NCBI GenBank assembly: GCA_040386535.1
Contig: JAZKFH010000019.1
Location: forward strand, 1 to 64,000
Direction of reading: 5' to 3'
DNA length: 64,000 nt
From: Myxococcota bacterium
Lineage (GTDB): Bacteria; Myxococcota_A; UBA796; SXON01
This document shows positions 27,994 through 37,554 of the stretch, piece by piece (position 1 is the stretch's first letter; every line of letters starts with the position of its first letter). A program made the translations under genes and the position numbers. The notes beneath the pieces were generated by a model, which searched no databases, was not told the DNA's origin, and saw nothing but the letters and a program-made list of their open reading frames with translations.

Positions 27994-29955
27994 GTGACGC
28001 CCTCGTCCCCCGGGATCCTCATCGATCTCGCCATCATCTTCGGGGTCGCCGCGGCGACCGTGGCCGCGTTCGGCCGCGTGGGGCTGCCATCGGTGGTTGG
28101 GCTGCTCCTCGCGGGCGCGGTGATCGGGCCGCTCGGCCTCGGGGTGGTGACGGAGACGCGGCGCATCGAGGGGCTCGCCGAGATCGGCGTGATGGTGCTG
28201 CTGTTCATCATCGGCACCGAGCTCTCCATCGCGCGGCTGCGGCGGATGGGGCGCGCGCTGCTGCTCGGCGGCGGGCTCCAGGTGAGCCTCACGGTCATCG
28301 TGACGACGGTCCTGCTCATGACGCGCGACGTGCCCTTCCGGGAGGCAATCTTTTGGGGAAACCTCGCGGCGCTCTCGAGCACCGCGATCGTGCTGCGGGC
28401 GCTCGACGAGCGCGGCGAGATCGACGCGCAGCACGGCCGGCTCGTGCTCGGCATGCTGCTGTTCCAGGACCTGTGCGTCGTGCCGATGATGATGTCGCTG
28501 CCGATGCTGGCCGCCGACGAGGTGGCTACCGGCGCGCTCCTGCTCACCGTCCTGCGCGCGGTGGCGGTGCTCCTCGCCGCGCTCCTCCTCGCGCGCCGGG
28601 CGGTGCCCTGGCTGCTGGGTCACTTCGCCGCGTCGCCCCGGCGGGAAGTGTTCCTCCTCGCCGTGGTCGGGCTGGCGCTCGTCGTGGCGCTGCTGACGGC
28701 CGAGCTGGGGCTCTCCCTGGCGCTGGGCGGTTTTCTCGCCGGCGTCATCCTCGCCGACACGCCCTACGTGTACCAGGTGCAGAGCGAGCTGGTGCCGTTC
28801 CGGGACGCCTTCGCGAGCCTCTTCTTCGTCTCGGTCGGAATGTTGCTCGACCCGGCGGTGATCAGCGCGGCCCCCGGGGAGGTGTTCGGGTGGTTCGCGG
28901 CGCTGCTCGTCGGAAAGCTCGTCATCGCCTCGCTCGTCGGCCTCCTGCTCCGCTTCCCGGCCCGCGTGGCGCTGCGTGCGGGCTTCGCCGTGGCCCAGGT
29001 GGGCGAGTTCTCGTTCGCGCTGCTCCAGGCCGGGCAGCGCGTGGGCCTCGCGGAGCCGCAAGAGGCCTCCCGGTTCCTCGCGGCGAGCGTGCTCACGATG
29101 CTCGTCACCCCGCTGCTCCTCGCGCTGGGGACACGCGTGGCCGACGCGCACGGGCTCACGGGGTTCCTCGATCGGGTGTTCGTGGCGAGGCGCGAGCCGG
29201 ACCCACGCGAGGCGCCGCTCCGCGACCACATCATCGTCGCGGGTCTCGGCCTCGGCGGGCGGACGTTGTTGCGCGCGCTGGAGGCGGCGGGGGTGGCGCA
29301 CGTGGCGCTCGACATCGACCCCGAGCGGGTCCGGATCGAGCGCCGGGACGGCCGGAACGTGCACTTCGGGGACGCGTCGAGCCTCGAGGTGCTCGCCCGC
29401 GCCGCGCACGCCGGCCACGCCTCCACGCTCGTGCTGCTGCTCTCCGACATCGACGCGATCCGCCGCGCCGCCGTCCTGGCGAAGCGACGCTGGCCCGAGC
29501 TGCGCGTCCTCGCCCGTGTGCACCGGGCGGGGCCCGTCGATGCGGACCTCGCCGCGCACGGCGTGGAGGTCGTGAGCGAGGAGTGGGAGACGGTGATGGA
29601 GGTGGTCGAGCGCGTGGTCCGGCGCCGGGGCCGGGGGCCGGGGGAGGAGCGGCGGGCGTGGCCGGACGCGCGTTGGCCGTCGGGCGAGCCGGGCGGGCTC
29701 CCCGACGTGGCGCTCGACCCGGTGGTGGTGCGGGCCGGCGACCGCCTCGCGGGCACGACGATCGCGGCGAGCCGGCTGCGGGAGCACAGCGAGGCGGCCA
29801 TCGTGGCGCTCTCGCGGGGGGCCCGCGTGCACACCGAGCCCCCCGGCGAGACCCGGATCGAGCCCGGCGACGTGGTGCTCCTCCTGGGGACCCACGCGCA
29901 GGTGGCGCGCGCACGGGGCTGGATCCGTCGTGAGGAGGGGGCCGAGGTGCCGTAG
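27994..29955 (+). CDS. CPA2 cation:proton antiporter (KefC/YbaL-like) with TrkA-N and TrkA-C domains
   Basis: LAEIGV..LLF.IG, LSSTAIV, LLFQDL, FFVSVGM, AQVGEFSF, HIIVAGLG..GR, FGDA. Confidence 0.92.
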   Translation: MTPSSPGILIDLAIIFGVAAATVAAFGRVGLPSVVGLLLAGAVIGPLGLGVVTETRRIEGLAEIGVMVLLFIIGTELSIARLRRMGRALLLGGGLQVSLTVIVTTVLLMTRDVPFREAIFWGNLAALSSTAIVLRALDERGEIDAQHGRLVLGMLLFQDLCVVPMMMSLPMLAADEVATGALLLTVLRAVAVLLAALLLARRAVPWLLGHFAASPRREVFLLAVVGLALVVALLTAELGLSLALGGFLAGVILADTPYVYQVQSELVPFRDAFASLFFVSVGMLLDPAVISAAPGEVFGWFAALLVGKLVIASLVGLLLRFPARVALRAGFAVAQVGEFSFALLQAGQRVGLAEPQEASRFLAASVLTMLVTPLLLALGTRVADAHGLTGFLDRVFVARREPDPREAPLRDHIIVAGLGLGGRTLLRALEAAGVAHVALDIDPERVRIERRDGRNVHFGDASSLEVLARAAHAGHASTLVLLLSDIDAIRRAAVLAKRRWPELRVLARVHRAGPVDADLAAHGVEVVSEEWETVMEVVERVVRRRGRGPGEERRAWPDARWPSGEPGGLPDVALDPVVVRAGDRLAGTTIAASRLREHSEAAIVALSRGARVHTEPPGETRIEPGDVVLLLGTHAQVARARGWIRREEGAEVP

Positions 29956-29959
29956 TCCC

Positions 29960-30300
29960 TTGACCCGGACGCCGGTCCGTGCGACATGAGAGGAGCAGGT
30001 ACCCTTTCCGGTTGACCCCGGGTGCGTACCCCGACTTCACAGTGCCTCTCTCTTCCCACGCAGCTTCGTTCACATCCCTTCATCAACCCCATCTCTGGGC
30101 CGCCGCCCCCTCCACCTGCCGCTCCTCGCGGCGGGGCGCCCCGAGCCGAAGATCGCTGGAGCAGCCACGACACGGACAAGGTCCACGTCCATGAGTTCAT
30201 CCCCCGGGCAGACTGCCCGCGCGGGGCGTGAGCTGGCTCCCCGTACGGTTCCGCGCCGCATTGAATTGCGAAGGTCCGCGGCGGTCAGTAGGAGACCGCC
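29960..30300 (+). promoter_or_regulatory. putative promoter and long 5' UTR of rng/rne
   Basis: TTGACC at 29960, ~340-nt non-coding gap with a pyrimidine-rich tract, AGGAG SD before the TTG start. Confidence 0.45.
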
Positions 30301-31833
30301 TTGCCCACCGAGATCCTCGTCAACACCACTGGAAAGGAAACCCGCGTCGCGCTGATGGAGAACGGGCAGCTCGTCGAGCTGCACGTCGATCGCGGCACGG
30401 ACCGCGGCTATGTCGGCAATGTCTACCTCGGAAAGGTCGTGCGCGTGCTCCCGGGCATGCAGGCGGCGTTCGTCGACATTGGTCTGGAGCGCGCCGCCTT
30501 CCTCTACGTGGGCGACATCTTCCCCCAGCTCCTCGACCACAAGCATGGCGAGGAAGAGGCCGAGACCGACGACCCGGACATGACCGTCGTCGAGGAGGGC
30601 CCCCCGCGCGAGGCGCCCAAGCCCGGCCAGCCCGCCATCCAGGACCTCCTCAACGAGGGCCAGGAGATCGTGGTCCAGGTCGCGAAGGACCCCATCGGCA
30701 CCAAGGGCGCGCGCGTCACGACGCACATCACCCTGCCCGGTCGGTACATGGTGTTCATGCCGACCGTCGATCACGTCGGCATCTCCCGCCGCATCGAGCG
30801 CGACAAGGACCGCCGCCGGCTCCGTGAGTTCGTCGACAAGAACCGGCCCAAGGGCGCCGGCTTCATCGTCCGCACCATCTGCGCGAACCAGACCAACCAG
30901 ACGTTGAAGCAGGACATGAACTACCTGCTCGCCACCTGGGACAAGATCCAGGGCGCGTCGAAGAACCGCCGCGCACCCGCGCCGCTGCACATCGACCACG
31001 GCCTGGTCCTGCGCATGGTCCGCGACGCCTTCCACGACGACGTGGAGCGCATGGTCGTCGACAACGCCAAGCTCCACGAGGAGGTCTGCTCGTTCATGGA
31101 CGAGTTCAGCCCCGACCTGAAGGAGAAGGTGCACAACTACAAGGGCGCCGAGCCGATCTTCGACGTGTTCGGCGTCGAGACCGAGATCCAGCGCTCGCTT
31201 GGCCGCAAGGTGTGGCTCAAGTCGGGCGGCTACCTGGTCATCGACCAGACCGAGGCCCTCGTCAGTGTCGACGTGAACTCCGGCAAGTACGTCGGCCAGG
31301 CCTCGCTCGAGGACACGACGGTCCGCGTCAACATGGAAGCGGTGAAGGAGGTCGTCTACCAGCTCCGCCTGCGGAACATCGGCGGCATCATCATCATCGA
31401 CTTCATCGACATGGACAAGGAGCAGAACCGGGACAAGGTGTACCGGGCGCTCGACGAGGAGCTCAAGAAGGATCGCGCGCGCACCAACGTGCTGAAGATC
31501 TCGGAGCTGGGCCTGGTCCAGATGACCCGCAAGCGCGTCCAGGAGGACGTGGTCCGCTACCTCTCCGAGACCTGCGTGTACTGCGAGGGCCGCGGCAGCC
31601 TGCGCTCCCGCCAGACCATCTGCTACGAGATCTTCCGCGAGCTGCAACGCGAGGGCACGCGCTCCCTCGGCAAGGAGATGATGTACGTGAACGTGCATCC
31701 CTCCGTGGCGGACATGCTCTACGGGGACGAGTACCCGATGCTCGAGCTCTTCGAGGCGCGCCTGAACAAGCGCATCGTCGTGCGCGCGCTACAGCACCTG
31801 CATCCCGAGCGGTACGAGGTCTACGCGCGCTAA
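30301..31833 (+). CDS. rng: ribonuclease G (Rne/Rng family)
   Basis: GNVYLGKV..V.PGMQAAFVDIG, KDPIGTKGAR, DVNSG, LRLRNIGGIIIIDFIDM, C..C Zn-link; no long C-terminal scaffold. Confidence 0.95.
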   Translation: MPTEILVNTTGKETRVALMENGQLVELHVDRGTDRGYVGNVYLGKVVRVLPGMQAAFVDIGLERAAFLYVGDIFPQLLDHKHGEEEAETDDPDMTVVEEGPPREAPKPGQPAIQDLLNEGQEIVVQVAKDPIGTKGARVTTHITLPGRYMVFMPTVDHVGISRRIERDKDRRRLREFVDKNRPKGAGFIVRTICANQTNQTLKQDMNYLLATWDKIQGASKNRRAPAPLHIDHGLVLRMVRDAFHDDVERMVVDNAKLHEEVCSFMDEFSPDLKEKVHNYKGAEPIFDVFGVETEIQRSLGRKVWLKSGGYLVIDQTEALVSVDVNSGKYVGQASLEDTTVRVNMEAVKEVVYQLRLRNIGGIIIIDFIDMDKEQNRDKVYRALDEELKKDRARTNVLKISELGLVQMTRKRVQEDVVRYLSETCVYCEGRGSLRSRQTICYEIFRELQREGTRSLGKEMMYVNVHPSVADMLYGDEYPMLELFEARLNKRIVVRALQHLHPERYEVYAR

Positions 31834-31858
31834 TCGCCGCGGAGGGCCGCACGGGCCG

Positions 31859-32146
31859 TCAGGCGAGGGGCGCGGTCAGCTCGACCAGCCCCTCGAAGCG
31901 GAACAGCCCGACCCGGTAGAGGATTCGCTCTGCCCCGTCGCGCAGCCACGCCCGCCAGATCGTGCGGCTCCACGGCGCTCCGCCTGGGCCGAAGCCGTAC
32001 ACCTCGGGGTCGAGGTGCACCGGCGGCACGAGATCGCGGGCGCGCCCATCGTAGACATGCAGGAAGAACCCTCTGCGGTCGGTGTAGACCGCGAGATCGT
32101 ACCGGTGCCCACGGATGGATGCGACATAGGAAGCCATTGGTTGCAT
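31859..32146 (-). CDS. hypothetical protein (95 aa)
   Basis: Strong SD AAAGGAGGAGG before ATG; globular-looking sequence. Confidence 0.65.
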   Translation of the reverse strand: MQPMASYVASIRGHRYDLAVYTDRRGFFLHVYDGRARDLVPPVHLDPEVYGFGPGGAPWSRTIWRAWLRDGAERILYRVGLFRFEGLVELTAPLA

Positions 32147-32592
32147 GGGGCGTCCTCCTCCTTTCGTGGGAGTATGTCCTGGGATGCGCGGATGGATCAC
32201 CCCTGTCGGGAACGAGCTTTGTTCGCCGACTTCTGGCGCAGGCGTGGATGGTTCCGGGCCCGGCGGTCGGGCACGGGATTGTCGGAGTCGGAACGCCCGA
32301 CGTTCATTTTCCCGCGTTGCCACCCCCTCTCGTTCAGCCGCTGGTCGAATGTGACGTGACGCTCACGACGGCGCCTCCTCCCGCTTCGGTGCTCCGATCT
32401 GGTGCCCCGCGTGACGCGGCGCCCGGCAAGGCCCAGGTCAGCGTCAATCAGGGCGTACCACGAGCATTTAATCACGTCCCGGCCCTGGACGTCGCGGTTC
32501 GGGTCGGTCTGGATCCGGCGCGTTCGGAGCGAGTTCACACCTGGATGACGCGACGCGGAAGGGTGGGCGCTATCGTTCGTGCCGGAGGGGGC

Positions 32593-33735
32593 ATGCAGCG
32601 CCGGATGGCGGGCCTGTCGCTGGGTTTCCTGACGGTGTGCGGCTGCTTCTCGGGCGAGACCGGGGCGGTGGTCGGGAAATGCGACACACCCGACGATCCC
32701 GACCGGGGCATGGGCTTCCGCCCCCTGCTCGCGCGCCTCGGCGCCCAGCGATGCCTCTCCGAGGCCGACCAGGACGCGCTGATCGCGTGGGTCGACCCCT
32801 TCTACGAGCAGCAGGACGTCTGGTGTGACGCGATCTACCGCCTGTCCTCGCCCGACGGTCGCACCTTCACCGGGGAGCCCGAGCCGGTCCGGGAGCACGC
32901 CAGCGTGTCGGACGTGGTCATCACGGCCGAAGGAGCCCACGTGGTGGTGTTCAACGATCTGGCGCCCGGGCTGTTCGCGGCGACGCTGCGCACGGACCCG
33001 GAGCGCTTCTGGCGGCAGGGGCTCGTGGGGATCGGCGGGCTGGGGCTGCTGGTGGACTCGGGGGAGGGGTTCGCCGAGGTGCCGCTCGACCTGCACCTCC
33101 CGGAGCTCGCGCTGGTCGTCGACCCCGACCTCACCGTGCGCCCGGCGGGCGACTACCGCCTCGTGACGTTCGTGGTGCCGGGGACCGCGCTCGACGGCCA
33201 CCAGTGGGATCCCTTCCAGAGCAAGGAGCCGCACGGCTTCTTCCGCGCCGTGTCGCCGCGGTTCGACACGTTCCCCGGGCCCAGGCGGGTGGTGGCGAGC
33301 CGGGCGGGCAAGCACGGGGGCGCCGACCCGACCGTGCTCGACCTGCCCGACGGCGAGATCCTGTTCGTCGGGGACTTCACCGAGCCGCTCCGGGGCTGGT
33401 CCGCCCCCGCCGGGCGCTACCCGCCGCTCGGCGCGGTCCCAGGCGTGAGCGCTGACCTGCCCGTGGCGGGCCCGAAGGCGGTGGTCGACCCCACCGGACC
33501 CTACCGCCTCTACTTCGTCGACTTCACCAGCGGCCTGCTCTCCCTCGCGACCAGCACCGACGGCCGCTCCTGGTCGGGGCTCGGCCCCGTCGTGAACATG
33601 CCCCAAGTCAACTCGCCCGGCGTGGCGCGGGCCGCGGACGGCACGTGGTGGTTGTACTTCAACCGGCGCGAACCCGGCTGCGTCTCGAAAGTACGCGGCG
33701 CTGCCCGTGGGGATCGCTTGACACCCGGGCGATGA
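32593..33735 (+). CDS. secreted/lipoprotein beta-propeller protein (GH43/sialidase-like)
   Basis: SD GGAGG, TATCGT box, signal ending VCGC, VDPDL/ADPTV blades, ATSTDGRSW Asp-box-like motif. Confidence 0.6.
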   Translation: MQRRMAGLSLGFLTVCGCFSGETGAVVGKCDTPDDPDRGMGFRPLLARLGAQRCLSEADQDALIAWVDPFYEQQDVWCDAIYRLSSPDGRTFTGEPEPVREHASVSDVVITAEGAHVVVFNDLAPGLFAATLRTDPERFWRQGLVGIGGLGLLVDSGEGFAEVPLDLHLPELALVVDPDLTVRPAGDYRLVTFVVPGTALDGHQWDPFQSKEPHGFFRAVSPRFDTFPGPRRVVASRAGKHGGADPTVLDLPDGEILFVGDFTEPLRGWSAPAGRYPPLGAVPGVSADLPVAGPKAVVDPTGPYRLYFVDFTSGLLSLATSTDGRSWSGLGPVVNMPQVNSPGVARAADGTWWLYFNRREPGCVSKVRGAARGDRLTPGR

Positions 33736-33770
33736 CGCGCGAGTCTGCGCGCCACTCTACGAGGCCGACC

Positions 33771-34100
33771 GTGCAAGCACCCAAGTCCTACACCGACGCT
33801 GGCGCCCTTACGATCCTCTCCGGCGTCATGAACATCATCGTGGGCGGCCTGCTGTTCCTCACGATGGTGTGGGTGTGCGTCGGCGTGTTGTGGCTCGTGC
33901 CGATGGCGGTCGGCGTCTTCCAGGTCGTGGTCGGCATCTCGATGAACGGCGGCAAGCGCACCTCCGCCGCGAGCTACATCAGCATCGTCGGCATCATCGC
34001 GGGGGTGTGCAACTTCAACCCCCTCGGGATCGGCGCGGCCGTGCTCGCCATGCTCAAGGTCAAGGAGCCCGAAGTAGCGGGGTACCTCACGGGCTCCTGA
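33771..34100 (+). CDS. small membrane protein
   Basis: GAGG + GTG; 3-4 TM segments; C-terminal PEVAGYL. Confidence 0.7.
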   Translation: MQAPKSYTDAGALTILSGVMNIIVGGLLFLTMVWVCVGVLWLVPMAVGVFQVVVGISMNGGKRTSAASYISIVGIIAGVCNFNPLGIGAAVLAMLKVKEPEVAGYLTGS

Positions 34101-34137
34101 TCGCCCGGCCGTGTCCTCGGGAGGATAGACCTGGGAG

Positions 34138-36288
34138 ATGTACGCCGATCGCCTCGAGGGCGAGGTTGCCGGGTTCAGCTTCAAGTCGCCGGACGGCGGC
34201 TTCGCGGTCGCGAAGATCAAGGTGCAGACGGGCGCCGAGGTCACCGCAGTGGGGCAGCTCGCGCACCTGTTCGAGGGGCAGCGCCTCGTGGCCGAGGGCC
34301 AGTGGATCAACGACGGCCGGTTCGGCCGCCAGTTCAAGATCGAGAAGTTCCTGGTCCAGGAGCCGCGCACGCTGCGGGGCCTGGAGCGGTACCTCGCCGC
34401 CGCCATCGAGGGCGTGGGGCCCGAGATCGCGCGTCGCATCGTGGAGACCTTCGGCCTCGACGCCCTCCAGGTGCTCGAGAGCCAGCAGGAGCGCCTCGCG
34501 GAGGTGCCCGGCGTCGGGGAGAAGACCCGCGAGAAGATCGTCGCCGGCTGGGCGAAGGACGCCACGGGCCGCGAGCTCGAGGTGACCCTGCGCGGGTTCG
34601 GCCTCGGGCCGGTGTTGTGCCGCCGCATCGCCGAGGCGTTCGACAAGGACGCGCTCTCCGTCGTGACGCGTGAGCCCTATCGGCTCGTCGACATCAAGGG
34701 CGTGGGCTTCCGCACCGCCGACCAGATCGCGCGCGCCAACGGCATCGCCCAGGACGATCCAGCGCGGGTGCAGGCCGCCGTGCAGTTCTGCCTGGACGAG
34801 GCCGAGGGAGAGGGCAGCTGCTACCTCCCCGAGGGCGTGCTGATCGAGCGGCTCGTCAAGCTGGACGTGCCGGAGGCGGGCTCGCGCGTGGAGCTCGACC
34901 GCATGGCGGGCTTCGGGCGGGTGGTGCGCCACCGGGCCCCGGTGGAGGAGCAGCGCGCGGTCTTCAAGCCGCGGACCGAGCAGCTGGAGTCGCGCGTCGC
35001 GAGGGCGCTGACGGACCGGCTCACGCAGGTGCCGGCCGCACGCGCCGTGGATGTGTCGCGGGCCGAGGTGGCGTGCAAGCTCGAGCTGCACGAGGCGCAA
35101 CGCGCCGCGGTCGAGCTGTCCCTGGCGAGCGGCGTCTCCGTGATCACCGGCGGCCCGGGCACCGGCAAGACCACCATCCTCAAGGTGTTGCTCGCGGCGG
35201 GGCGTCAACGCGACGAGAAGTGGTTGTGCGCCGCGCCCACCGGGCGTGCCGCGCGCCGGCTCTCCGAGTCGAGCGGGCAGGAGGCGAAGACGCTGCACCG
35301 GCTCCTCGAGTACTCGATGACCGACATGGACTTCACCCGCAATTCCACCAAGCCGCTCGAAGCGGACGGTGTGTTGGTGGACGAGTCGTCCATGCTCGAC
35401 CTCAAGCTGATGGGGGCGCTGCTCGACGCGCTCCCGACCAAGTGCCGGCTCGTGCTCGTGGGCGACGTGGACCAGCTCCCGAGCGTTGGCGCGGGCCAGG
35501 TGTTGCGCGATTGCATCGACAGCGGCGCGCTCCCCGTCGCGCGCCTCACCGAGGTGTATCGGCAGGCGAACGACAGCGGCATCGTCCGCAACGCGCACCG
35601 CATCAACGCCGGCACCGTGCCGATCTCCGGCGAGAAGGACACCGTGGAGTCGGGGGGCATGGGCGAGGTGCGCGACTTCTTCCTGCTCACCCGCGAGGAT
35701 GCGACCGACGCGCAGAACCTGCTCCTCCAGGTCATCCAGGAGCGGCTCCCGCGCCTCGGCTTCGATCCGAAGCGTGACGTGCAGGTGCTCACCCCGATGC
35801 ACGGCGGCATCCTCGGCACCACCGCGCTCAACGAGCGGCTCCAGGCCGCGCTCAACCCCGAGGGCGCCTCGATCGTGCGCGGCAACCGCACCTTCCGCGT
35901 GGGCGACCGTATCCTCCAGACGCGCAACGACTACGACAACGACATCTTCAACGGGGACACCGCCACCGTGGTGGCGGTCGAAGCCGGTAGCCTCACCGCC
36001 GACTTCGACGGGCGCGAGGTGACCCTGGTGGGCGACAGCCTCGACGCCCTCGAGCTCGCCTACGCGATCAGCATCCACAAGTCCCAGGGCAGCGAGTACC
36101 CCGCGGTGGTCGTCGCCCTGCACAACAGCCACTTCGTGATGTTGCGTCGCAACCTGCTCTACACGGCGCTGACGCGGGCGCGGCGGTTCGCGTGCCTCGT
36201 GGCGAGCCCGCGCGCGCTCCGGACGGCGGTCGGTCGGTGTGGCGGAGACGAGCGGTACACGCGGCTCGCGGAGCGCATGCGGCAGTGA
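34138..36288 (+). CDS. recD2: ATP-dependent RecD-like DNA helicase RecD2
   Basis: N-terminal OB/HhH, ITGGPGTGKTT, APTGRAARRL, VDESSM, GDVDQLPSVG, SIHKSQGSE, RNLLYTALTRA. Confidence 0.96.
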   Translation: MYADRLEGEVAGFSFKSPDGGFAVAKIKVQTGAEVTAVGQLAHLFEGQRLVAEGQWINDGRFGRQFKIEKFLVQEPRTLRGLERYLAAAIEGVGPEIARRIVETFGLDALQVLESQQERLAEVPGVGEKTREKIVAGWAKDATGRELEVTLRGFGLGPVLCRRIAEAFDKDALSVVTREPYRLVDIKGVGFRTADQIARANGIAQDDPARVQAAVQFCLDEAEGEGSCYLPEGVLIERLVKLDVPEAGSRVELDRMAGFGRVVRHRAPVEEQRAVFKPRTEQLESRVARALTDRLTQVPAARAVDVSRAEVACKLELHEAQRAAVELSLASGVSVITGGPGTGKTTILKVLLAAGRQRDEKWLCAAPTGRAARRLSESSGQEAKTLHRLLEYSMTDMDFTRNSTKPLEADGVLVDESSMLDLKLMGALLDALPTKCRLVLVGDVDQLPSVGAGQVLRDCIDSGALPVARLTEVYRQANDSGIVRNAHRINAGTVPISGEKDTVESGGMGEVRDFFLLTREDATDAQNLLLQVIQERLPRLGFDPKRDVQVLTPMHGGILGTTALNERLQAALNPEGASIVRGNRTFRVGDRILQTRNDYDNDIFNGDTATVVAVEAGSLTADFDGREVTLVGDSLDALELAYAISIHKSQGSEYPAVVVALHNSHFVMLRRNLLYTALTRARRFACLVASPRALRTAVGRCGGDERYTRLAERMRQ

Positions 36289-36299
36289 GCCGGCGGTCC

Positions 36300-36340
36300 G
36301 ACCGGCACGCTGACCGGCACGCTGACCGGCACGCCGACGG
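36300..36340. repeat. 12-bp intergenic tandem repeat (GACCGGCACGCT x3 plus a degenerate copy)
   Basis: Units at 36300, 36312, 36324 and a partial unit at 36336. Confidence 0.85.
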
Positions 36341-36379
36341 GCCGCCACTCGCGATATGCTGCGCGGCCACGGAGGCCAC

Positions 36380-37543
36380 GTGCTCTTCCTGCTCACCGGC
36401 TGCATCGGCCTGAACGTCAACGCCATCCCCACGCAAGACCTGTACGCCGACAACGGCGAGACGAAGGGCGGCCCGAGCCGCGTGGAGTTCGCGGTCATCG
36501 GGGACGTTCGCCCGGCCATCCCCGGCGAGGAGACGCGCGGCCGCGTCGCGACGCCCGCCACCGAGGCCATCCTGGTCAAGGACATCTCCGCGGCCGTCCA
36601 GAAGGAGGACGTGTCGTTCGTCGTGCTCCTCGGCAACCTCGTGGCGACCTCGTCCACGGCCGAGTGGAAGGGCTTCGCGCGCGACTGGTCGCTGGTCCTC
36701 TCGGGCAGCGAGCTCCCGGAGACCGGCACGTTGCGCGTCCGCTCGATCCCGGTGGCCGGCGCGAGCGACCGCGCGGGGGACGATCGGCTTGCCGGCTTCG
36801 GCGCGGCGTTCCCCGGCGTCGGCGCGGACATCGGCTACAACCGCGTCGCGAGCTGGTACACGTTCGACGTCACGGCCGGCAAGGCCACGTGGCGGATGAT
36901 CGTGCTGGACAGCGGCAAGGACACGCTCGGTTCGCGGTGGAGCGAGCAGATGGCGTGGATCCCGAAGGCGCTCGAAGGCGAGTACGACGGGCTGCTGGTG
37001 TTCATGCACCACCCGTTGTGGACCCTGGCGAAGGGCGCCACGCCCGACGAGGGCAAGGCTCCGAGCGAGCTGCTCGCCGCGGTCGACGACGCGACGAAGA
37101 TCGGCGCGCTCAAGGCGGTGTTCTCGGGGCACGCGCACACCAACGAGGTGTACCTGCCGGGCGGGCGCTACGGCGAGATGTACGTCGTCGCGGGCGGCGG
37201 CGGCGCGCCGGCCGACACCGTGAAGCGGTGGGGGCGCGTGGGCCAGGAGGACCTGAAGCTCGAGCCCATCTTCGACCTCGCGCTGATGAAGGAGTTCGGC
37301 AAGTGGGTCGAGCCCCGCGGCATCTCCGAGGCCCTGCAGGAGAAGGCGAAGGCGGACGGCAGCTGGGCCGGCTTCGACGCGGAGATCGACGCGAGCGCCA
37401 TGCCGATCCAGGGCTGGTGGAACGTGGCGCTGGTCGGCGACGACATGGAGCTCACGTTTCGCATGGTGGGTGCGGACAGCGTCGTCAAAGACCTCTACAC
37501 GGTCAATTACGACTCCAAGGACGGGTGGAAGATCGGGAAGTAG
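36380..37543 (+). CDS. metallophosphoesterase-fold lipoprotein with altered catalytic motifs
   Basis: FAVIGD, LLGNL, VAGASD, WYTF, LDS, FMHHP, FSGHAH; GGAGG + GTG; lipobox LTGC. Confidence 0.75.
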   Translation: MLFLLTGCIGLNVNAIPTQDLYADNGETKGGPSRVEFAVIGDVRPAIPGEETRGRVATPATEAILVKDISAAVQKEDVSFVVLLGNLVATSSTAEWKGFARDWSLVLSGSELPETGTLRVRSIPVAGASDRAGDDRLAGFGAAFPGVGADIGYNRVASWYTFDVTAGKATWRMIVLDSGKDTLGSRWSEQMAWIPKALEGEYDGLLVFMHHPLWTLAKGATPDEGKAPSELLAAVDDATKIGALKAVFSGHAHTNEVYLPGGRYGEMYVVAGGGGAPADTVKRWGRVGQEDLKLEPIFDLALMKEFGKWVEPRGISEALQEKAKADGSWAGFDAEIDASAMPIQGWWNVALVGDDMELTFRMVGADSVVKDLYTVNYDSKDGWKIGK

Positions 37544-37554
37544 GGAGGGCCGCC

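Noticed and set aside
29979..30231. Small ORFs or 6S RNA upstream of rng
   Set aside because: Atypical codon use and no recognisable 6S features; treated as UTR
32349..32368. CRP/FNR box
   Set aside because: Half-site spacing is 8 or 3 nt rather than the canonical 6
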